DNA of 57,929 nt from Bacteroidota bacterium (GCA_036139835.1 JAYZYW010000012.1:1-57929), one strand, 5' to 3'; shown: positions 10,168 to 21,626, numbered from the stretch's first letter. Numbers and translations are program-made. The notes: generated by a model from the sequence alone, not told the origin.

Positions 10168-11565
10168 ATGAGTAAAAATTTCCAAATAGCAAAGTACCTC
10201 TTTTTTGATCTCTTATCTGCAGTGATTTCTTGGACTTTGTTTTTCAGTTATAGAAAAGTTTTTATAGAAGAACTGCCAATTGATTTTACGCAAAAGTTTT
10301 ATATTGGGATTATAGCTATTCCTGTATTCTGGATCCTACTTTATTTGATAGCAGGTGCTTATAATAATATATATAGAAAGTCGAGACTGAAAGAACTTTC
10401 CGATACTCTTTTTATTGTTTTAATCGGAACTATCATTATTTTCTTTGTGGCGTTGTTGGATGATTATATCGATAACTATAAGACTTATTACAGTTTGTTT
10501 ATTGTGCTTTTTTGTGCCCATTTATTACTTACTGCTTCTTTTAGATTTATTCTTACCTCAATTTCTGCACGCAAGGTGCATCAAAAAGATATTCGTTTCA
10601 ATACATTTATAATTGGTAGTAATGTTAGGGCAGTCGAAATGTATAAAGAACTTGAAAATGAGAAATTATCAAGCGGATATAACTTTATTGGCTTTGTTTG
10701 TGTTGAAGAAAAGACAAAATACCTACTTAGTGATTATATCCCTAAAATGGGAGGTTTAGAGCAGTTGAAACAACTTATAAAACAGCATAATGTTGAGGAT
10801 GTAATTATTGCTGTGGAGAGTACAGAGCACAATAAAATTGAAGAAATAATAGACCTTTTAGAAGGCACAGATGTATATATAAAGATGCTTCCTGATATGT
10901 GTGATATCATCTCTGGAAAAGTGAAAATGAGTACTATATTTGGTACTGCTTTAATTGAAATTGAGCACGATTTAATGCCTACCTGGCATTGGTTTTTGAA
11001 ACGCTTCTTTGATTTTAGCATTTCTTTATTTGTGTTGATTTTACTCTCACCCATCTACCTACTTACAGCATTATTGGTGCTTTTTTCCTCAAAAGGCAGT
11101 ATATTTTTTAATCAAGAAAGAGTTGGTTTATATGGTAGAAATTTTAAAATCATCAAATTTCGTTCAATGTATGAAAATGCAGAGATAAATGGCCCTCAAC
11201 TTTCCTCCGACAATGATGAAAGGATTACCCCATGGGGAAAAATAATGCGAAAAATAAGACTGGATGAATTACCACAATTTTACAATGTACTTATAGGAGA
11301 GATGTCAATCGTTGGCCCTAGACCTGAAAGACAATATTATATTGATTTAATTACAGAAAAAGCTCCTCACTATCATCATTTACATAAGGTTAAGCCAGGC
11401 ATTACCTCATGGGGGATGGTAAAGTTTGGCTATGCTGAAAATGTAGATGAAATGATAGAAAGAATGAAATATGATATTTTATATATTGAAAATATATCCT
11501 TTACTCTAGATTTGAAGATATTAATTTATACAATATTAATTGTGTTACAAGGAAGGGGAAAATAA
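10168..11565 (+). CDS. Polyprenyl-phosphate sugar phosphotransferase (WbaP/EpsB-type initiating sugar transferase)
   Basis: Multiple N-terminal TM helices. The C-terminal domain carries KFRSM, DELPQ and VGPRPE, which are hallmark bacterial sugar transferase motifs. Confidence 0.85.
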   Translation: MSKNFQIAKYLFFDLLSAVISWTLFFSYRKVFIEELPIDFTQKFYIGIIAIPVFWILLYLIAGAYNNIYRKSRLKELSDTLFIVLIGTIIIFFVALLDDYIDNYKTYYSLFIVLFCAHLLLTASFRFILTSISARKVHQKDIRFNTFIIGSNVRAVEMYKELENEKLSSGYNFIGFVCVEEKTKYLLSDYIPKMGGLEQLKQLIKQHNVEDVIIAVESTEHNKIEEIIDLLEGTDVYIKMLPDMCDIISGKVKMSTIFGTALIEIEHDLMPTWHWFLKRFFDFSISLFVLILLSPIYLLTALLVLFSSKGSIFFNQERVGLYGRNFKIIKFRSMYENAEINGPQLSSDNDERITPWGKIMRKIRLDELPQFYNVLIGEMSIVGPRPERQYYIDLITEKAPHYHHLHKVKPGITSWGMVKFGYAENVDEMIERMKYDILYIENISFTLDLKILIYTILIVLQGRGK

Positions 11566-11589
11566 CACTAACAATTTTAAAAAAGAAAA

Positions 11590-12483
11590 ATGAAAAATAT
11601 AAGCGTAATAGGAGCTGGGACTATGGGAAATGGAATAGCTCATACTTTTGCTCAAAAAGGATTTAGAGTTAATTTAATTGACATTTCAGCTGAAGCACTT
11701 GAACAAGCAATTACAACTATTGAAAAGAATTTAGACAGAATGGTGAAGAAAGGAAAGATAATTGAAGAAGATAAAGTAGACACCTTATCTAATCTTACCA
11801 CATATACCGATATTTCAAATGGCGTTAAAGATGCTGATTTAGTTGTAGAGGCTGCTGCTGAAAATGTAGATTTAAAACTAAAGATTTTTAAGCAATTGGA
11901 TGAAGTGTGTAATAACAATACCATTTTAGCTTCTAATACCTCTTCTATCTCTATTACTCAGATAGCAGAAGTGACTAATAGAAAGGAAAAAGTGATTGGC
12001 ATGCACTTTATGAACCCTGTACCTATTATGAAGTTAGTTGAAGTAATCAGAGGTAAAGCAACATCTGATGAGGTGACAGTAATAATTATGGAACTAAGTA
12101 AAGATTTAGGAAAAATTCCAGTTGAGGTTAATGATGCTCCAGGGTTTGTTGCCAACAGAATCTTGATGCCAATGATTAATGAAGCAATTTATACTTTGCA
12201 TGAGAAAGTATCTTCTGTTGAAGGAATAGACACAGTAATGATACTTGGAATGTCTCATCCCATGGGCCCATTACATTTAGCTGATTTTATTGGTTTAGAT
12301 GTCTGCCTTTCAATTTTAGAGGTAATGTATAAGGACTTTGAAGATGAAAAGTATGCACCTTGCCCTCTTTTAGTTGAAATGGTAGAAGCAGGCAAACTTG
12401 GCGAAAAATCAGCTGAGGGTTTTTATAATTATGCTGATGGACCAAGAAATAAAAAGGTAGCTGATCAATTTACTCTTAGTTGA
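11590..12483 (+). CDS. hbd: 3-hydroxyacyl/3-hydroxybutyryl-CoA dehydrogenase
   Basis: Contains VIGAGTMGNGIA (Rossmann), SNTSSISIT, HFMNPVP and GFVANRI. Confidence 0.9.
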   Translation: MKNISVIGAGTMGNGIAHTFAQKGFRVNLIDISAEALEQAITTIEKNLDRMVKKGKIIEEDKVDTLSNLTTYTDISNGVKDADLVVEAAAENVDLKLKIFKQLDEVCNNNTILASNTSSISITQIAEVTNRKEKVIGMHFMNPVPIMKLVEVIRGKATSDEVTVIIMELSKDLGKIPVEVNDAPGFVANRILMPMINEAIYTLHEKVSSVEGIDTVMILGMSHPMGPLHLADFIGLDVCLSILEVMYKDFEDEKYAPCPLLVEMVEAGKLGEKSAEGFYNYADGPRNKKVADQFTLS

Positions 12484-13066
12484 GCCTCCCTTCTAGTTTA
12501 GCTTGGATTAAAATATGTTCAATTAACATATCTTCTCTTTCGTTAATTGGATCGTATTTTGCTTTCAAATCATTTTCGTAAAATTTGGCCAGTGTTTGCC
12601 AAAAAAAAGCATTAAACCTTCCTCTGTAAGATCTTACCAACTCGTAAGATGTGATTTGGGTTTCTCTATAAATCAACTTTACCAATATTCTTCCCTCATT
12701 CATGGTGAGTTGTTTCAATTGCTCGGCATATTCTTCTTTTATCCAACTAGCAACTTCTTTGGTGTAGCGTTTTTTATGCCTTCTTTTTGGGATAGTATCT
12801 AATCCAATTTGAATTGCAGTTAATCTTGATCTTGCTTTTAGTGCATATGGGTACACTTTAAGGACTTTTCTCTTCAAAATGAAATAGCGTAATTTTTCAT
12901 CATGATTTCTAAATGCTAATATCTCTACTTCTGGCACTTTGGAAATTATAATAGTGTCATCATCAACTATTGTAAATTCCTTTACAGAAGGATTTACTTG
13001 TGCAGTTGATAATATTCCGAATACTAAAAAAATAAGAAGAAAAAAGAGAATCTTCTGAAACTGCAT
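12476..13066 (-). CDS. Conserved Bacteroidota protein, probably DUF4294-like
   Basis: Signal peptide plus a basic helical protein of about 196 aa. The family assignment is from memory of similar flavobacterial proteins and is tentative. Confidence 0.45.
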   Translation of the reverse strand: MQFQKILFFLLIFLVFGILSTAQVNPSVKEFTIVDDDTIIISKVPEVEILAFRNHDEKLRYFILKRKVLKVYPYALKARSRLTAIQIGLDTIPKRRHKKRYTKEVASWIKEEYAEQLKQLTMNEGRILVKLIYRETQITSYELVRSYRGRFNAFFWQTLAKFYENDLKAKYDPINEREDMLIEHILIQAKLEGRLN

Positions 13067-13067
13067 C

Positions 13068-16000
13068 TTATCTTTGGATAATAAGTTTGTGTTTTATGCT
13101 TGTATTTGCAGTAGTCACTTTTGCAAAATATATACCATTACTGAGTTTACTTAAATTTAAAGTAAAAGCGAAACTATTAAGATTTTCAAAGTCATATAAT
13201 ATTTTTCCACCTATATCCAAAATGGAAATTGATAAAATGTGCATATCACTACTTATTACACACAAATCCTTTAGAGGGTTAGGATGTACAACAATTTGTT
13301 GAATTTTCTCATCAACTGATGAATAAATAGCCAAAAAATTAGCTGAAAATTCAGTACATCCATTAAATTGAACTTCTACTGTATATTGTCCACCTTGTGT
13401 AATATTGATTGAAGATGAATTTGAGCCATTTATAGCAACTCCAGAAAGATACCATTGATATGCATATAATGGATTATTTGTTGTTGAAAGTTGATTTCCA
13501 TTTTGAGTGATAATAGGTGTTAGAAGTGGAGGGTTCAAGACAGCTGTAATCTCCTTATATTCAGATTTACAGTTTTCCTTTAGTTGCAAATTGTAATAAA
13601 AATACCAGTTGTCTTGAGCACTGCTAATATTAGCCCCTGTAAATGATAATAAGTTGCCGATATTTTGAGGGAAAGTAGCGCCATTATTATTTCTAAAAAG
13701 TCCAGAATTGGAATATCTCACTCCTAATTGCAAATCATTTCCAACAGGAATGTCAAAATCCAAATATAATGTTTGCTTCCCAACTATAACAGTGATTGTA
13801 GTGTCATCTAAAACCACACCACTATTGTCCCTTAACTCAAAAGTAATGGTATTTAGAACATCAGCATATACATCAGCCGCTACTAAATTACACTCTGCGA
13901 AACAATCAAAAATCATATGTCTTATTCCATAATAAAAAGCACCACCTCCAATATTTGTGTCTAATGGCCCTCCAGAAATAATTGGAGAATCTTCAGTCAA
14001 ATAATAATTGGTAGAAGTGTTTAAAACAGGTGTAGTGTATGTATTTCCTGTGTGAATTATATTTCCAGAAGAGGTATCATTATACCAATTAATTTGACCT
14101 ATGGAATATGAAATAAGATTAAAGGAAGTAGAATCTGCACAAATAGTGTCGTTATAAGCAATTGGGGCTGGACTGTAAGATATAGTAATTAAATTATTCT
14201 CAACTACAGAATCTGTTCCTAGTGCATTGGAAACTGTCAAACTAACAGTATAAACACCTTGGCTTTGATAATTATGAGTCGGGTTTTCTTGATTTGAGGT
14301 GGTACCATCTCCAAAATCCCACAACCAAGAGTTTGGCATATTCAAGCTATTATCAGAAAAACTAATTATGCCTGAACAACTATTTGTAGTACTTGCCGAT
14401 ATTATAGCAAAAGGAGGTGCTAGACATGAATTATTAGTTGGCTGCTTATTAACAGCAACTGTCCTACCCCCTTTTTTACTAGGACTGATTAAAGCTCGAA
14501 TAGCAAACCAATTATCAGTATTTGCAGGATTAGTATTGTGGTAAAAAGCAGAGTTTGCTGTAGAACTTACAATAGAATCCATGTATTTTTGTCCTAACAT
14601 TGAAATTTCATAACCATTTGCACCTGCAACAGGATTCCAATTAAAATAAATTGAATCTGGGCAAGTCCAATCAACCATAAAATTTTGCACAAGAGGAATT
14701 ATGGTAAAATTTTCATCTGATTGATCGTTATAGAGCCCTCTACTAACTCTAATTAATGCGTCTCCACTTACATTATTTGGTACTGTCCAATTAAAATAAC
14801 GAATAGAAGAATTTACATTTGATGATATGTTTCCCCATGTCATACCATTATTTAATGAAAATTCTAAAGTGAAAGTTCCTGTATTTCCAAAAGCATCCCA
14901 CCTAATCATTTCATTTTCTCCAGGAACCAGCCCCTCTCCTCCATTTGGATAAGTTAAGGTGATTCCTTCTGAAATAATATCATATACTACATAATATTTT
15001 TGTGGGCCATAGGGTATTGAGGTTCCTGAAACAGACAAAGTATAATTTCCATCAGCAGGATTGTCAAGCGTAATTTGTTCCATATTATTTCTATCATCAA
15101 CTCCTCTTGTAGCTGGCTGATTTAAATTGCTTGTGTTTGGAGTATGATCTAATACCCAAGGCTGATAATTGGTTCCACTAGGCTCGCTAAGTGAAATATC
15201 CAAATTATTGATAAGCGCAATACTTGCACTAGCACTCGCTTGTTTATCATGCCAATATACCATTAATTTTAGTTGCTTAGTCCCTGTAGGAATTGTAATG
15301 TTATGTGTATTATTTCCTAAATGCGAGATACTATCTTCAAAATAATGCTGATTTTCTAAAATCTGGATTGCCCTTAATGCATTTACTTCTCCCCATCCAT
15401 ATTTAAAATCAGGTCCTGAATTCCCCAAATCATCTGCAGTATTTAATAAAACCCCTTTCATCAATCCTGATGGAGGATTTTGTCCACCATTTAATTCTTT
15501 GTATGCTTGATAAAGCTGCCCTAAAACTCCTGCAATACCAGGGCAAGCCATAGAAGTTCCCGTATAAGTATCGTAATCATTTGTAGAAACAGTTGAATAA
15601 ACAGAGCTGCCTTTTGCGCCAATATCTGGTTTTATCCTGCCATCATGCGCAGGACCTCTACTAGAAGAATTTGCCAGACCACTTGAGGAAGTTAAATTGG
15701 CAGTAGCTATTACATTTTTGGCTTGTTTGTGTCCTCCTGTTACATTACCCCAATTGCTTCCGGCACCATAACCGCAATCAGATGTACCATCATTACCTGC
15801 TGAAAAGACATGAATTAATGAGGGGTATAGCCTGACTTGTTCATCTAAATCTCTTGCTAAAGAAGTATAGCCAGCATTGCAACCATTTGAATAGGACTTG
15901 GAAGTAATAATTACATCATTGTTTTGATAGATCCCTGGCACGCTATAATAGTTGTTATTTGAAGACGAATAGACATATAAAAAAGCACCATCAGCCATTC

Positions 16001-16853
16001 CTCTTCCATAAGGATCCAAATTTCCTGCACCCATAATAGTTCCAGCTACATGATCTCCATGACTTCCACTACTACTAGTTACGGCACTTTGATCAATTCT
16101 TCCCTGATAATCAATATGAGGACCAATTTCACCATCATCTTGCATCATAATGTTGATACCCTCTCCATTATAATGCCGTCCGTTTGAATATTCTGCATTG
16201 ATAACATTAGAACGATGAAGCGTTCTTCCTGTTTTATTTTCTGGATATGAAGGTGGATCAATAGGTGCAATAAAATGTACAAAAGGATGTGATGCTAACT
16301 TCTGTAAATTAGAAAGATTACTACTGATAATAAATGAATGAGCATAAGTATTAATCTCTTTAATATTGAATTGATCAACTTTTAAAGATTCAAATGCATC
16401 TGTCAAATCTACATCTTTGTAAAGCAAAACTTCCAGTACAGCATTTTCACCTTTCTTTGCCCAATCAGGACAATTTCCATTTTGTAATTTTGGATGAATT
16501 TTTTGCTCTACTTTTACTTCAATTAAGGCAATTACATTGAAAGATGTTAACTTTTTCTTACTTAGATTATCTGATATGGAAACCAAAAAAGTATTATTAG
16601 GAATATACTCCAAAAATCGAACACCTAAACGCTCTAGTTTTTCTTTTTGCTTTGTACTTGGTAAAACAGAAAACTGCATAAACCGATAATATTTCTCCTT
16701 AAAGATTTCATTACTACGGATAGTCAAATCGATAAGATTAATTTCATTAGCAGGAGTAATAGTTCCTGACTTTAACAAAATTTCAGAGTTTGGCTGTTGA
16801 GAAAAACCCAACAAAGAAATTGAGAATATAAGAAGAAAAGTAAGTAATCGCAT
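13068..16853 (-). CDS. S8 (subtilisin-family) serine peptidase with a PKD domain and a T9SS C-terminal sorting domain
   Basis: Catalytic motifs are MQDDG (Asp), HGDHVAGTI (His) and GTSMACPGIAG (Ser). The PKD motif is WDFGDGTTS...NPTHNY. The C-terminal ~80 aa (HPNPLKD...GIYFAKV...KLIIQR) is a typical T9SS type-A CTD. Confidence 0.9.
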   Translation of the reverse strand: MRLLTFLLIFSISLLGFSQQPNSEILLKSGTITPANEINLIDLTIRSNEIFKEKYYRFMQFSVLPSTKQKEKLERLGVRFLEYIPNNTFLVSISDNLSKKKLTSFNVIALIEVKVEQKIHPKLQNGNCPDWAKKGENAVLEVLLYKDVDLTDAFESLKVDQFNIKEINTYAHSFIISSNLSNLQKLASHPFVHFIAPIDPPSYPENKTGRTLHRSNVINAEYSNGRHYNGEGINIMMQDDGEIGPHIDYQGRIDQSAVTSSSGSHGDHVAGTIMGAGNLDPYGRGMADGAFLYVYSSSNNNYYSVPGIYQNNDVIITSKSYSNGCNAGYTSLARDLDEQVRLYPSLIHVFSAGNDGTSDCGYGAGSNWGNVTGGHKQAKNVIATANLTSSSGLANSSSRGPAHDGRIKPDIGAKGSSVYSTVSTNDYDTYTGTSMACPGIAGVLGQLYQAYKELNGGQNPPSGLMKGVLLNTADDLGNSGPDFKYGWGEVNALRAIQILENQHYFEDSISHLGNNTHNITIPTGTKQLKLMVYWHDKQASASASIALINNLDISLSEPSGTNYQPWVLDHTPNTSNLNQPATRGVDDRNNMEQITLDNPADGNYTLSVSGTSIPYGPQKYYVVYDIISEGITLTYPNGGEGLVPGENEMIRWDAFGNTGTFTLEFSLNNGMTWGNISSNVNSSIRYFNWTVPNNVSGDALIRVSRGLYNDQSDENFTIIPLVQNFMVDWTCPDSIYFNWNPVAGANGYEISMLGQKYMDSIVSSTANSAFYHNTNPANTDNWFAIRALISPSKKGGRTVAVNKQPTNNSCLAPPFAIISASTTNSCSGIISFSDNSLNMPNSWLWDFGDGTTSNQENPTHNYQSQGVYTVSLTVSNALGTDSVVENNLITISYSPAPIAYNDTICADSTSFNLISYSIGQINWYNDTSSGNIIHTGNTYTTPVLNTSTNYYLTEDSPIISGGPLDTNIGGGAFYYGIRHMIFDCFAECNLVAADVYADVLNTITFELRDNSGVVLDDTTITVIVGKQTLYLDFDIPVGNDLQLGVRYSNSGLFRNNNGATFPQNIGNLLSFTGANISSAQDNWYFYYNLQLKENCKSEYKEITAVLNPPLLTPIITQNGNQLSTTNNPLYAYQWYLSGVAINGSNSSSINITQGGQYTVEVQFNGCTEFSANFLAIYSSVDEKIQQIVVHPNPLKDLCVISSDMHILSISILDIGGKILYDFENLNSFAFTLNLSKLSNGIYFAKVTTANTSIKHKLIIQR

Positions 16854-16937
16854 TATTTTATGAATGTTTTGGCGAATTTACAACTGATTTATCTAAATAT
16901 AAAAGTTTCCGCAATTTATTTAAAAAATCTTATTTGT

Positions 16938-17291
16938 TCAAGACTCTTTATAAACATAATTGATTTTGACTGTTTTTGATTTTGGTAAATTAAAAGGAAT
17001 AGTAATTTTAAATTTGGTATTTATTCTTATTCCTTTATTAATCTGAGAGGGGAATTTCAATAACCCAACTATGCGTTTAGCTTCTTGATCACATCCATAG
17101 CCAATACCAGATGTAACCTTAATACTATGCACCTTCCCTTTATCATTTACCTCATAATTCAGGAACACTTTTCCTTCTACTCTATGTAAAAGTGCCTCTT
17201 GCGGGTATTGCAAATTTTCCTTTACAAATTTTTTCAAAGCCTGATTTCCACCAGGATATTCCGCTTTTTTCACAAACTTTTTCTCTCTCAT
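16938..17291 (-). CDS. TonB C-terminal domain protein
   Basis: YPGGNQALKKFVKENLQYPQEALLHRVEGKVFLNYEVNDKGKV is a typical TonB_C fold signature. Confidence 0.7.
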   Translation of the reverse strand: MREKKFVKKAEYPGGNQALKKFVKENLQYPQEALLHRVEGKVFLNYEVNDKGKVHSIKVTSGIGYGCDQEAKRIVGLLKFPSQINKGIRINTKFKITIPFNLPKSKTVKINYVYKES

Positions 17292-17329
17292 AATTTTGTA
17301 AAGATAGGTATTAAACTATACGCTTTAAT

Positions 17330-18520
17330 TTAAGACAATACCTCTGCTACTTTATCAGCTGCTTCCTGTAATAATATAACTGACTCTACTTTTAGACCAC
17401 TTTCATCAATCAATTTTTTAGCTTCTTTAGCATTTGTTCCTTCTAATCTTACAATTAACGGAACATTAATATCTCCAATATTATTATAAGCATCAACAAT
17501 ACCTTGAGCTACTCTATCACATCTTACAATCCCACCAAAGATATTTACTAATATTGCCTTTACTTCCGGGTCTTTTAAAATAATTCTAAAAGCCTGCTCT
17601 ACTCTTTTGGCGTCTGCTGTTCCCCCAACATCCAGAAAGTTTGCTGGGTTCCCTCCTGCTTGTTTGATGATGTCCATGGTAGCCATAGCTAATCCCGCAC
17701 CATTTACCATACACCCCACATTACCATCTAACTTTACAAAATTCAAACCAAACTCCCCCGCTTCTACTTCTATAGGATCTTCTTCTCTTTTATCTCTTAA
17801 TTCCTCATAATCTTTGTGGCGGAATAAGGCGTTGTTATCGAGCGTTACTTTAGAGTCCACTGCCATTATCTTATCATCAGACGTTTTTAGTACCGGATTA
17901 ATCTCAAATAAAGAAGAATCCGTATTGTCATAAGCCGTGTATAATGCATGTACAAATTTACACATCTCATTAAAAGATGTTCCTGTAAGACCTAAATTAA
18001 AAGCTACCTTTCTACATTGAAATGAAGTAATCCCAACTTTAGGGTCTATTTCTTCTGTAAAAATAAGGTCAGGTGTTTCTTCTGCTACCTTTTCTATATC
18101 CATTCCACCTTCTGTAGAATACATTATCATATTTCTTCCTGTTGCTCTATTTAGTAATACAGATATATAAAATTCAGAAGTCTCGCTTTCTCCTGTATAG
18201 TAAACATCTTCAGCAATCAAAACTTGATGAACAGTTTTTCCTTCCGCACTGGTTTGTGGAGTTATCAGTTGCATACCCAAAATATCGTTTGAAATGGATT
18301 TTACTTCTTCTAGAGATTTAGCAAGTTTTACGCCACCACCCTTTCCTCTTCCTCCTGCATGTACTTGTGCTTTTATTACCCACCAGTTGGTTCCGGTTTT
18401 TAATGATAATTCTTTGGCAGCATCTACTGCTTCCTCTGGATTAGTTGCTACTACACCTCTTTGTATGCGTACACCAAAGCTATTGAGTAATTCTTTTCCT
18501 TGATATTCGTGTAAATTCAT
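17330..18520 (-). CDS. sucC: Succinate-CoA ligase (ADP-forming) beta subunit
   Basis: Begins MNLHEYQGKELL and contains KAQVHAGGRGKGGGVK and MVNGAGLAMATMD. The start is set at the internal Met (18520), which gives the canonical N-terminus. Confidence 0.95.
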   Translation of the reverse strand: MNLHEYQGKELLNSFGVRIQRGVVATNPEEAVDAAKELSLKTGTNWWVIKAQVHAGGRGKGGGVKLAKSLEEVKSISNDILGMQLITPQTSAEGKTVHQVLIAEDVYYTGESETSEFYISVLLNRATGRNMIMYSTEGGMDIEKVAEETPDLIFTEEIDPKVGITSFQCRKVAFNLGLTGTSFNEMCKFVHALYTAYDNTDSSLFEINPVLKTSDDKIMAVDSKVTLDNNALFRHKDYEELRDKREEDPIEVEAGEFGLNFVKLDGNVGCMVNGAGLAMATMDIIKQAGGNPANFLDVGGTADAKRVEQAFRIILKDPEVKAILVNIFGGIVRCDRVAQGIVDAYNNIGDINVPLIVRLEGTNAKEAKKLIDESGLKVESVILLQEAADKVAEVLS

Positions 18521-18613
18521 TATGTGTTTTTTGTAAAGCAAAAGTATATGATTGATTTGAATTAAATAATACTATTAACATTAAATTGTATTTTTGTTTG
18601 TGAATATTCTAAG

Positions 18614-20932
18614 ATGATAAAAAAAAATCTTTCTTTTATTTTTTACTTAATACCATTATGTATTTATGGTCAATTTGATGAAAAGAAGATCTATAATATA
18701 GAGAAAACTGAAAAGACACCTAAGATTGATGGAGTATTAAACGATAAATGTTGGGAGCCTTTATATGTAGCTAAAGATTTCTCTCAAATCTCGCCTAAAA
18801 ATGGTCATCCTGAAAGAGTACATCAAAAGACAGAAGTTAAAATATGTTATGATAATAAGAACATGTATTTTGGAGTAATGATGTATGATAATGCTCCTGA
18901 CAGTATATTAAAGGAACTTTCAAAAAGAGATGAAGAGCATAAAAATTTTGATGGATTTAGTATATTTATAAATCCATTCAATGATGGTCAAGTTGAATAT
19001 AACTTTATGGTTACAGCAGCAGGGATTCAGATAGATAGAAAATTTTCTAAGACCGGAATTGATAAAACATGGGATGCTGTTTGGGAATCAGCTGTAAAAA
19101 TAAATAATAAAGGGTGGGTAGCAGAGATTTCTATTCCTTTCTCTCAATTAAGGTTCCCAGACAACAACCTGCCTTGGGCTTTAAATATGGCAAGAACAAT
19201 AAGAAGATATCGTGAAGATTATAGTTGGAATCCAATCAACGTAGAATATGATGATTATTCATTGCAAGCAGGACTTATTAAAGGTATTAAAAATATTAAT
19301 GCTCCCCTTCGCCTTTCTTTCATGCCATATTCTTCAATCTATATGAATATTTACGATAATGAAATCAACTTCCCTTATAATTACGGAATGGATTTGAAGT
19401 ACGGAGTAAATGAAAGTTTTACTCTTGATATGACTCTTATTCCAGATTTTGGACAAGTTGCATCTGACGCTATGGTGCTTAACCTTTCTCCTTTTGAAGT
19501 AAAGTATGAGGAAAAAAGGCAATTCTTTAATGAAGGGACTGAACTCTTTAATAAAGGGCAAGATATGTTTTATAGTCGTAGGATACAAGATGATTTGTTA
19601 AATGCAACCAAGATTACTGGAAGAACAAAAAATGGTTTAGGAATTGCTTTACTTAATGCCGTAACAAATAAAACAGATGATAATCCATTAACAAATTATA
19701 ATATTATAATAGTAGATCAATCTTTTGGTAATGGATCTTCATTAAGTATGATGAATACCCACATGCTTCAAACAGAAAATAAAGAAGATGCGAATGTGAC
19801 AGGCGTCTTCACAAGAATCAATAATAAAAATAACACCCATACTTATAATGGAAAAATAAAAATGAGTCAAGAGTTTGAAGAAAATGAAACCATAAAAGGA
19901 TTTTCAGGATTATTTAGTATCGAAAAAACAAATGGTAGCTATAGATATGGTTTATACAGCATGTTTGAAGATGATAGATACAATCCAAATGATGTAGGTT
20001 TTTTATATGCAAATAATGAGATAAGCAATGTTTTATCTTTAAGTTATCATCAGTTTAAAGTAAATAAAAGATTTATTAATTCAAGAGTCTCAACAAATAT
20101 AAATCATCAAACATTATTTACTGAGCAAAAATTCGTGAATCTAAATATAGAGACATCTGTGAATGCAACATTTAAGAACTATACAAGTCTTTCGTTAAAA
20201 ACACAATTTAATCCTTATGAGAAAAATGATTTTTATGAAGCAAGAACAAATGATTTAGACAATCCTATAAAGAGATCGAGGTCAATAGGCTTAAACGGCT
20301 GGATATCAACTGATTATAGAAAAATTATTGCAATTGATATTGGAGGAGGCGCTAACACTAAGCCTTTATATAAAGGATATGGTTACCGTTGGCGCATATC
20401 ACCAAGATTACGAATAAATGATAAAATATCTCTTCGCTATATACTTTCTATTAGAAATCAATTTAACGATATTGGATTTGTAATAAATGACACATCAAAC
20501 ATAGAAATATATCCTCCAAAAATTGATTATATATTTAGCAAACGCAATACTTATATGGTAACTAATGTTTTAAGCGCAAATTATATTCTAAATAATAAAA
20601 TAGACTTGTCTATACAATTAAGATATCATATGGATCAAGTAATAAATACTGATTTTTTATCATTAGGAGAAGATGGTTATTTAGATCAAAATGATTACAA
20701 TGGTAATCATAATATTAATTATACAACATGGACATCTGATGTTGCATTTAATTGGTGGTTTGCTCCAGGGAGTCAGATGAGTATCGTGTGGAAAAATTCT
20801 ATTGATAATGAAACAAACTATATAATAAATAATTGGTTCGGAAACATAGAAGAATCCTTTAGTTTATATCAACAAAATAGTCTTTCCTTAAAACTAATTT
20901 ATTATTTAGATTATCTTTACCTCAGAAAATGA
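18614..20932 (+). CDS. Large secreted/outer-membrane protein, CBM9/DUF5916-like
   Basis: Signal peptide. The N-terminal region PKIDGVLNDKCWE is typical of family-9 carbohydrate-binding-like domains. The long C-terminal part is beta-rich and ends in aromatic residues. The family call is tentative. Confidence 0.5.
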   Translation: MIKKNLSFIFYLIPLCIYGQFDEKKIYNIEKTEKTPKIDGVLNDKCWEPLYVAKDFSQISPKNGHPERVHQKTEVKICYDNKNMYFGVMMYDNAPDSILKELSKRDEEHKNFDGFSIFINPFNDGQVEYNFMVTAAGIQIDRKFSKTGIDKTWDAVWESAVKINNKGWVAEISIPFSQLRFPDNNLPWALNMARTIRRYREDYSWNPINVEYDDYSLQAGLIKGIKNINAPLRLSFMPYSSIYMNIYDNEINFPYNYGMDLKYGVNESFTLDMTLIPDFGQVASDAMVLNLSPFEVKYEEKRQFFNEGTELFNKGQDMFYSRRIQDDLLNATKITGRTKNGLGIALLNAVTNKTDDNPLTNYNIIIVDQSFGNGSSLSMMNTHMLQTENKEDANVTGVFTRINNKNNTHTYNGKIKMSQEFEENETIKGFSGLFSIEKTNGSYRYGLYSMFEDDRYNPNDVGFLYANNEISNVLSLSYHQFKVNKRFINSRVSTNINHQTLFTEQKFVNLNIETSVNATFKNYTSLSLKTQFNPYEKNDFYEARTNDLDNPIKRSRSIGLNGWISTDYRKIIAIDIGGGANTKPLYKGYGYRWRISPRLRINDKISLRYILSIRNQFNDIGFVINDTSNIEIYPPKIDYIFSKRNTYMVTNVLSANYILNNKIDLSIQLRYHMDQVINTDFLSLGEDGYLDQNDYNGNHNINYTTWTSDVAFNWWFAPGSQMSIVWKNSIDNETNYIINNWFGNIEESFSLYQQNSLSLKLIYYLDYLYLRK

Positions 20933-21582
20933 TTGAAGCCAAGAATATACATTTTTCATATGGAAATCTTAAGGTCTTAAAAGGGCTAGATTTACAGATT
21001 GATAAAGGAGAGTTCGTGAGTATTGTAGGAGTTTCCGGAAGCGGAAAGACTACTCTCTTGCAACTATTAGGAACTTTAGAAAATGTAGATAGTGGTGAAA
21101 TAAATATAAACGGGAAATCAGTTCAGCAACTCTCTGATAAACAGCTGTCCGTTTTTAGAAATCAAGCAATAGGGTTTGTGTTTCAGTTTCATAATTTATT
21201 AGCAGAATTTACTGCATTGGAAAATGTGTGTTTGCCAGCTCTTATTGCTGGAGAAAGTAAAAAAGAAACAGAAAAAAAAGCCAAAGAAATACTTAAAATG
21301 CTCAGCATGGATAACAGGATTAATCACAAACCAAATGAACTATCAGGCGGAGAACAGCAAAGAGTGGCGGTAGCTCGGGCACTTATCAACTCCCCTGCTA
21401 TAATCTTGGCAGATGAGCCATCAGGAAATTTAGACTCTAAAAATGCTGAAGAATTACATCAATTACTTTTAAAATTAAATAAAGAAAAAGGACAAACCAT
21501 AGTTGTGGTTACACATAACGCAGAGTTTGCCAACATGGCTAACAGAAAAGTTGAAATTATAGATGGGAAATTAAATAGTTAG
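20929..21582 (+). CDS. ABC transporter ATP-binding protein (LolD/MacB-type)
   Basis: Walker A GVSGSGKTT, signature LSGGEQQRVAVARAL, Walker B ILADEPSGNLD. Confidence 0.9.
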   Translation: MIEAKNIHFSYGNLKVLKGLDLQIDKGEFVSIVGVSGSGKTTLLQLLGTLENVDSGEININGKSVQQLSDKQLSVFRNQAIGFVFQFHNLLAEFTALENVCLPALIAGESKKETEKKAKEILKMLSMDNRINHKPNELSGGEQQRVAVARALINSPAIILADEPSGNLDSKNAEELHQLLLKLNKEKGQTIVVVTHNAEFANMANRKVEIIDGKLNS

Positions 21583-21626
21583 AAAAAAGGGGTTAACTTT
21601 GCTTAAAAGCGTATCTTTGCACTTTG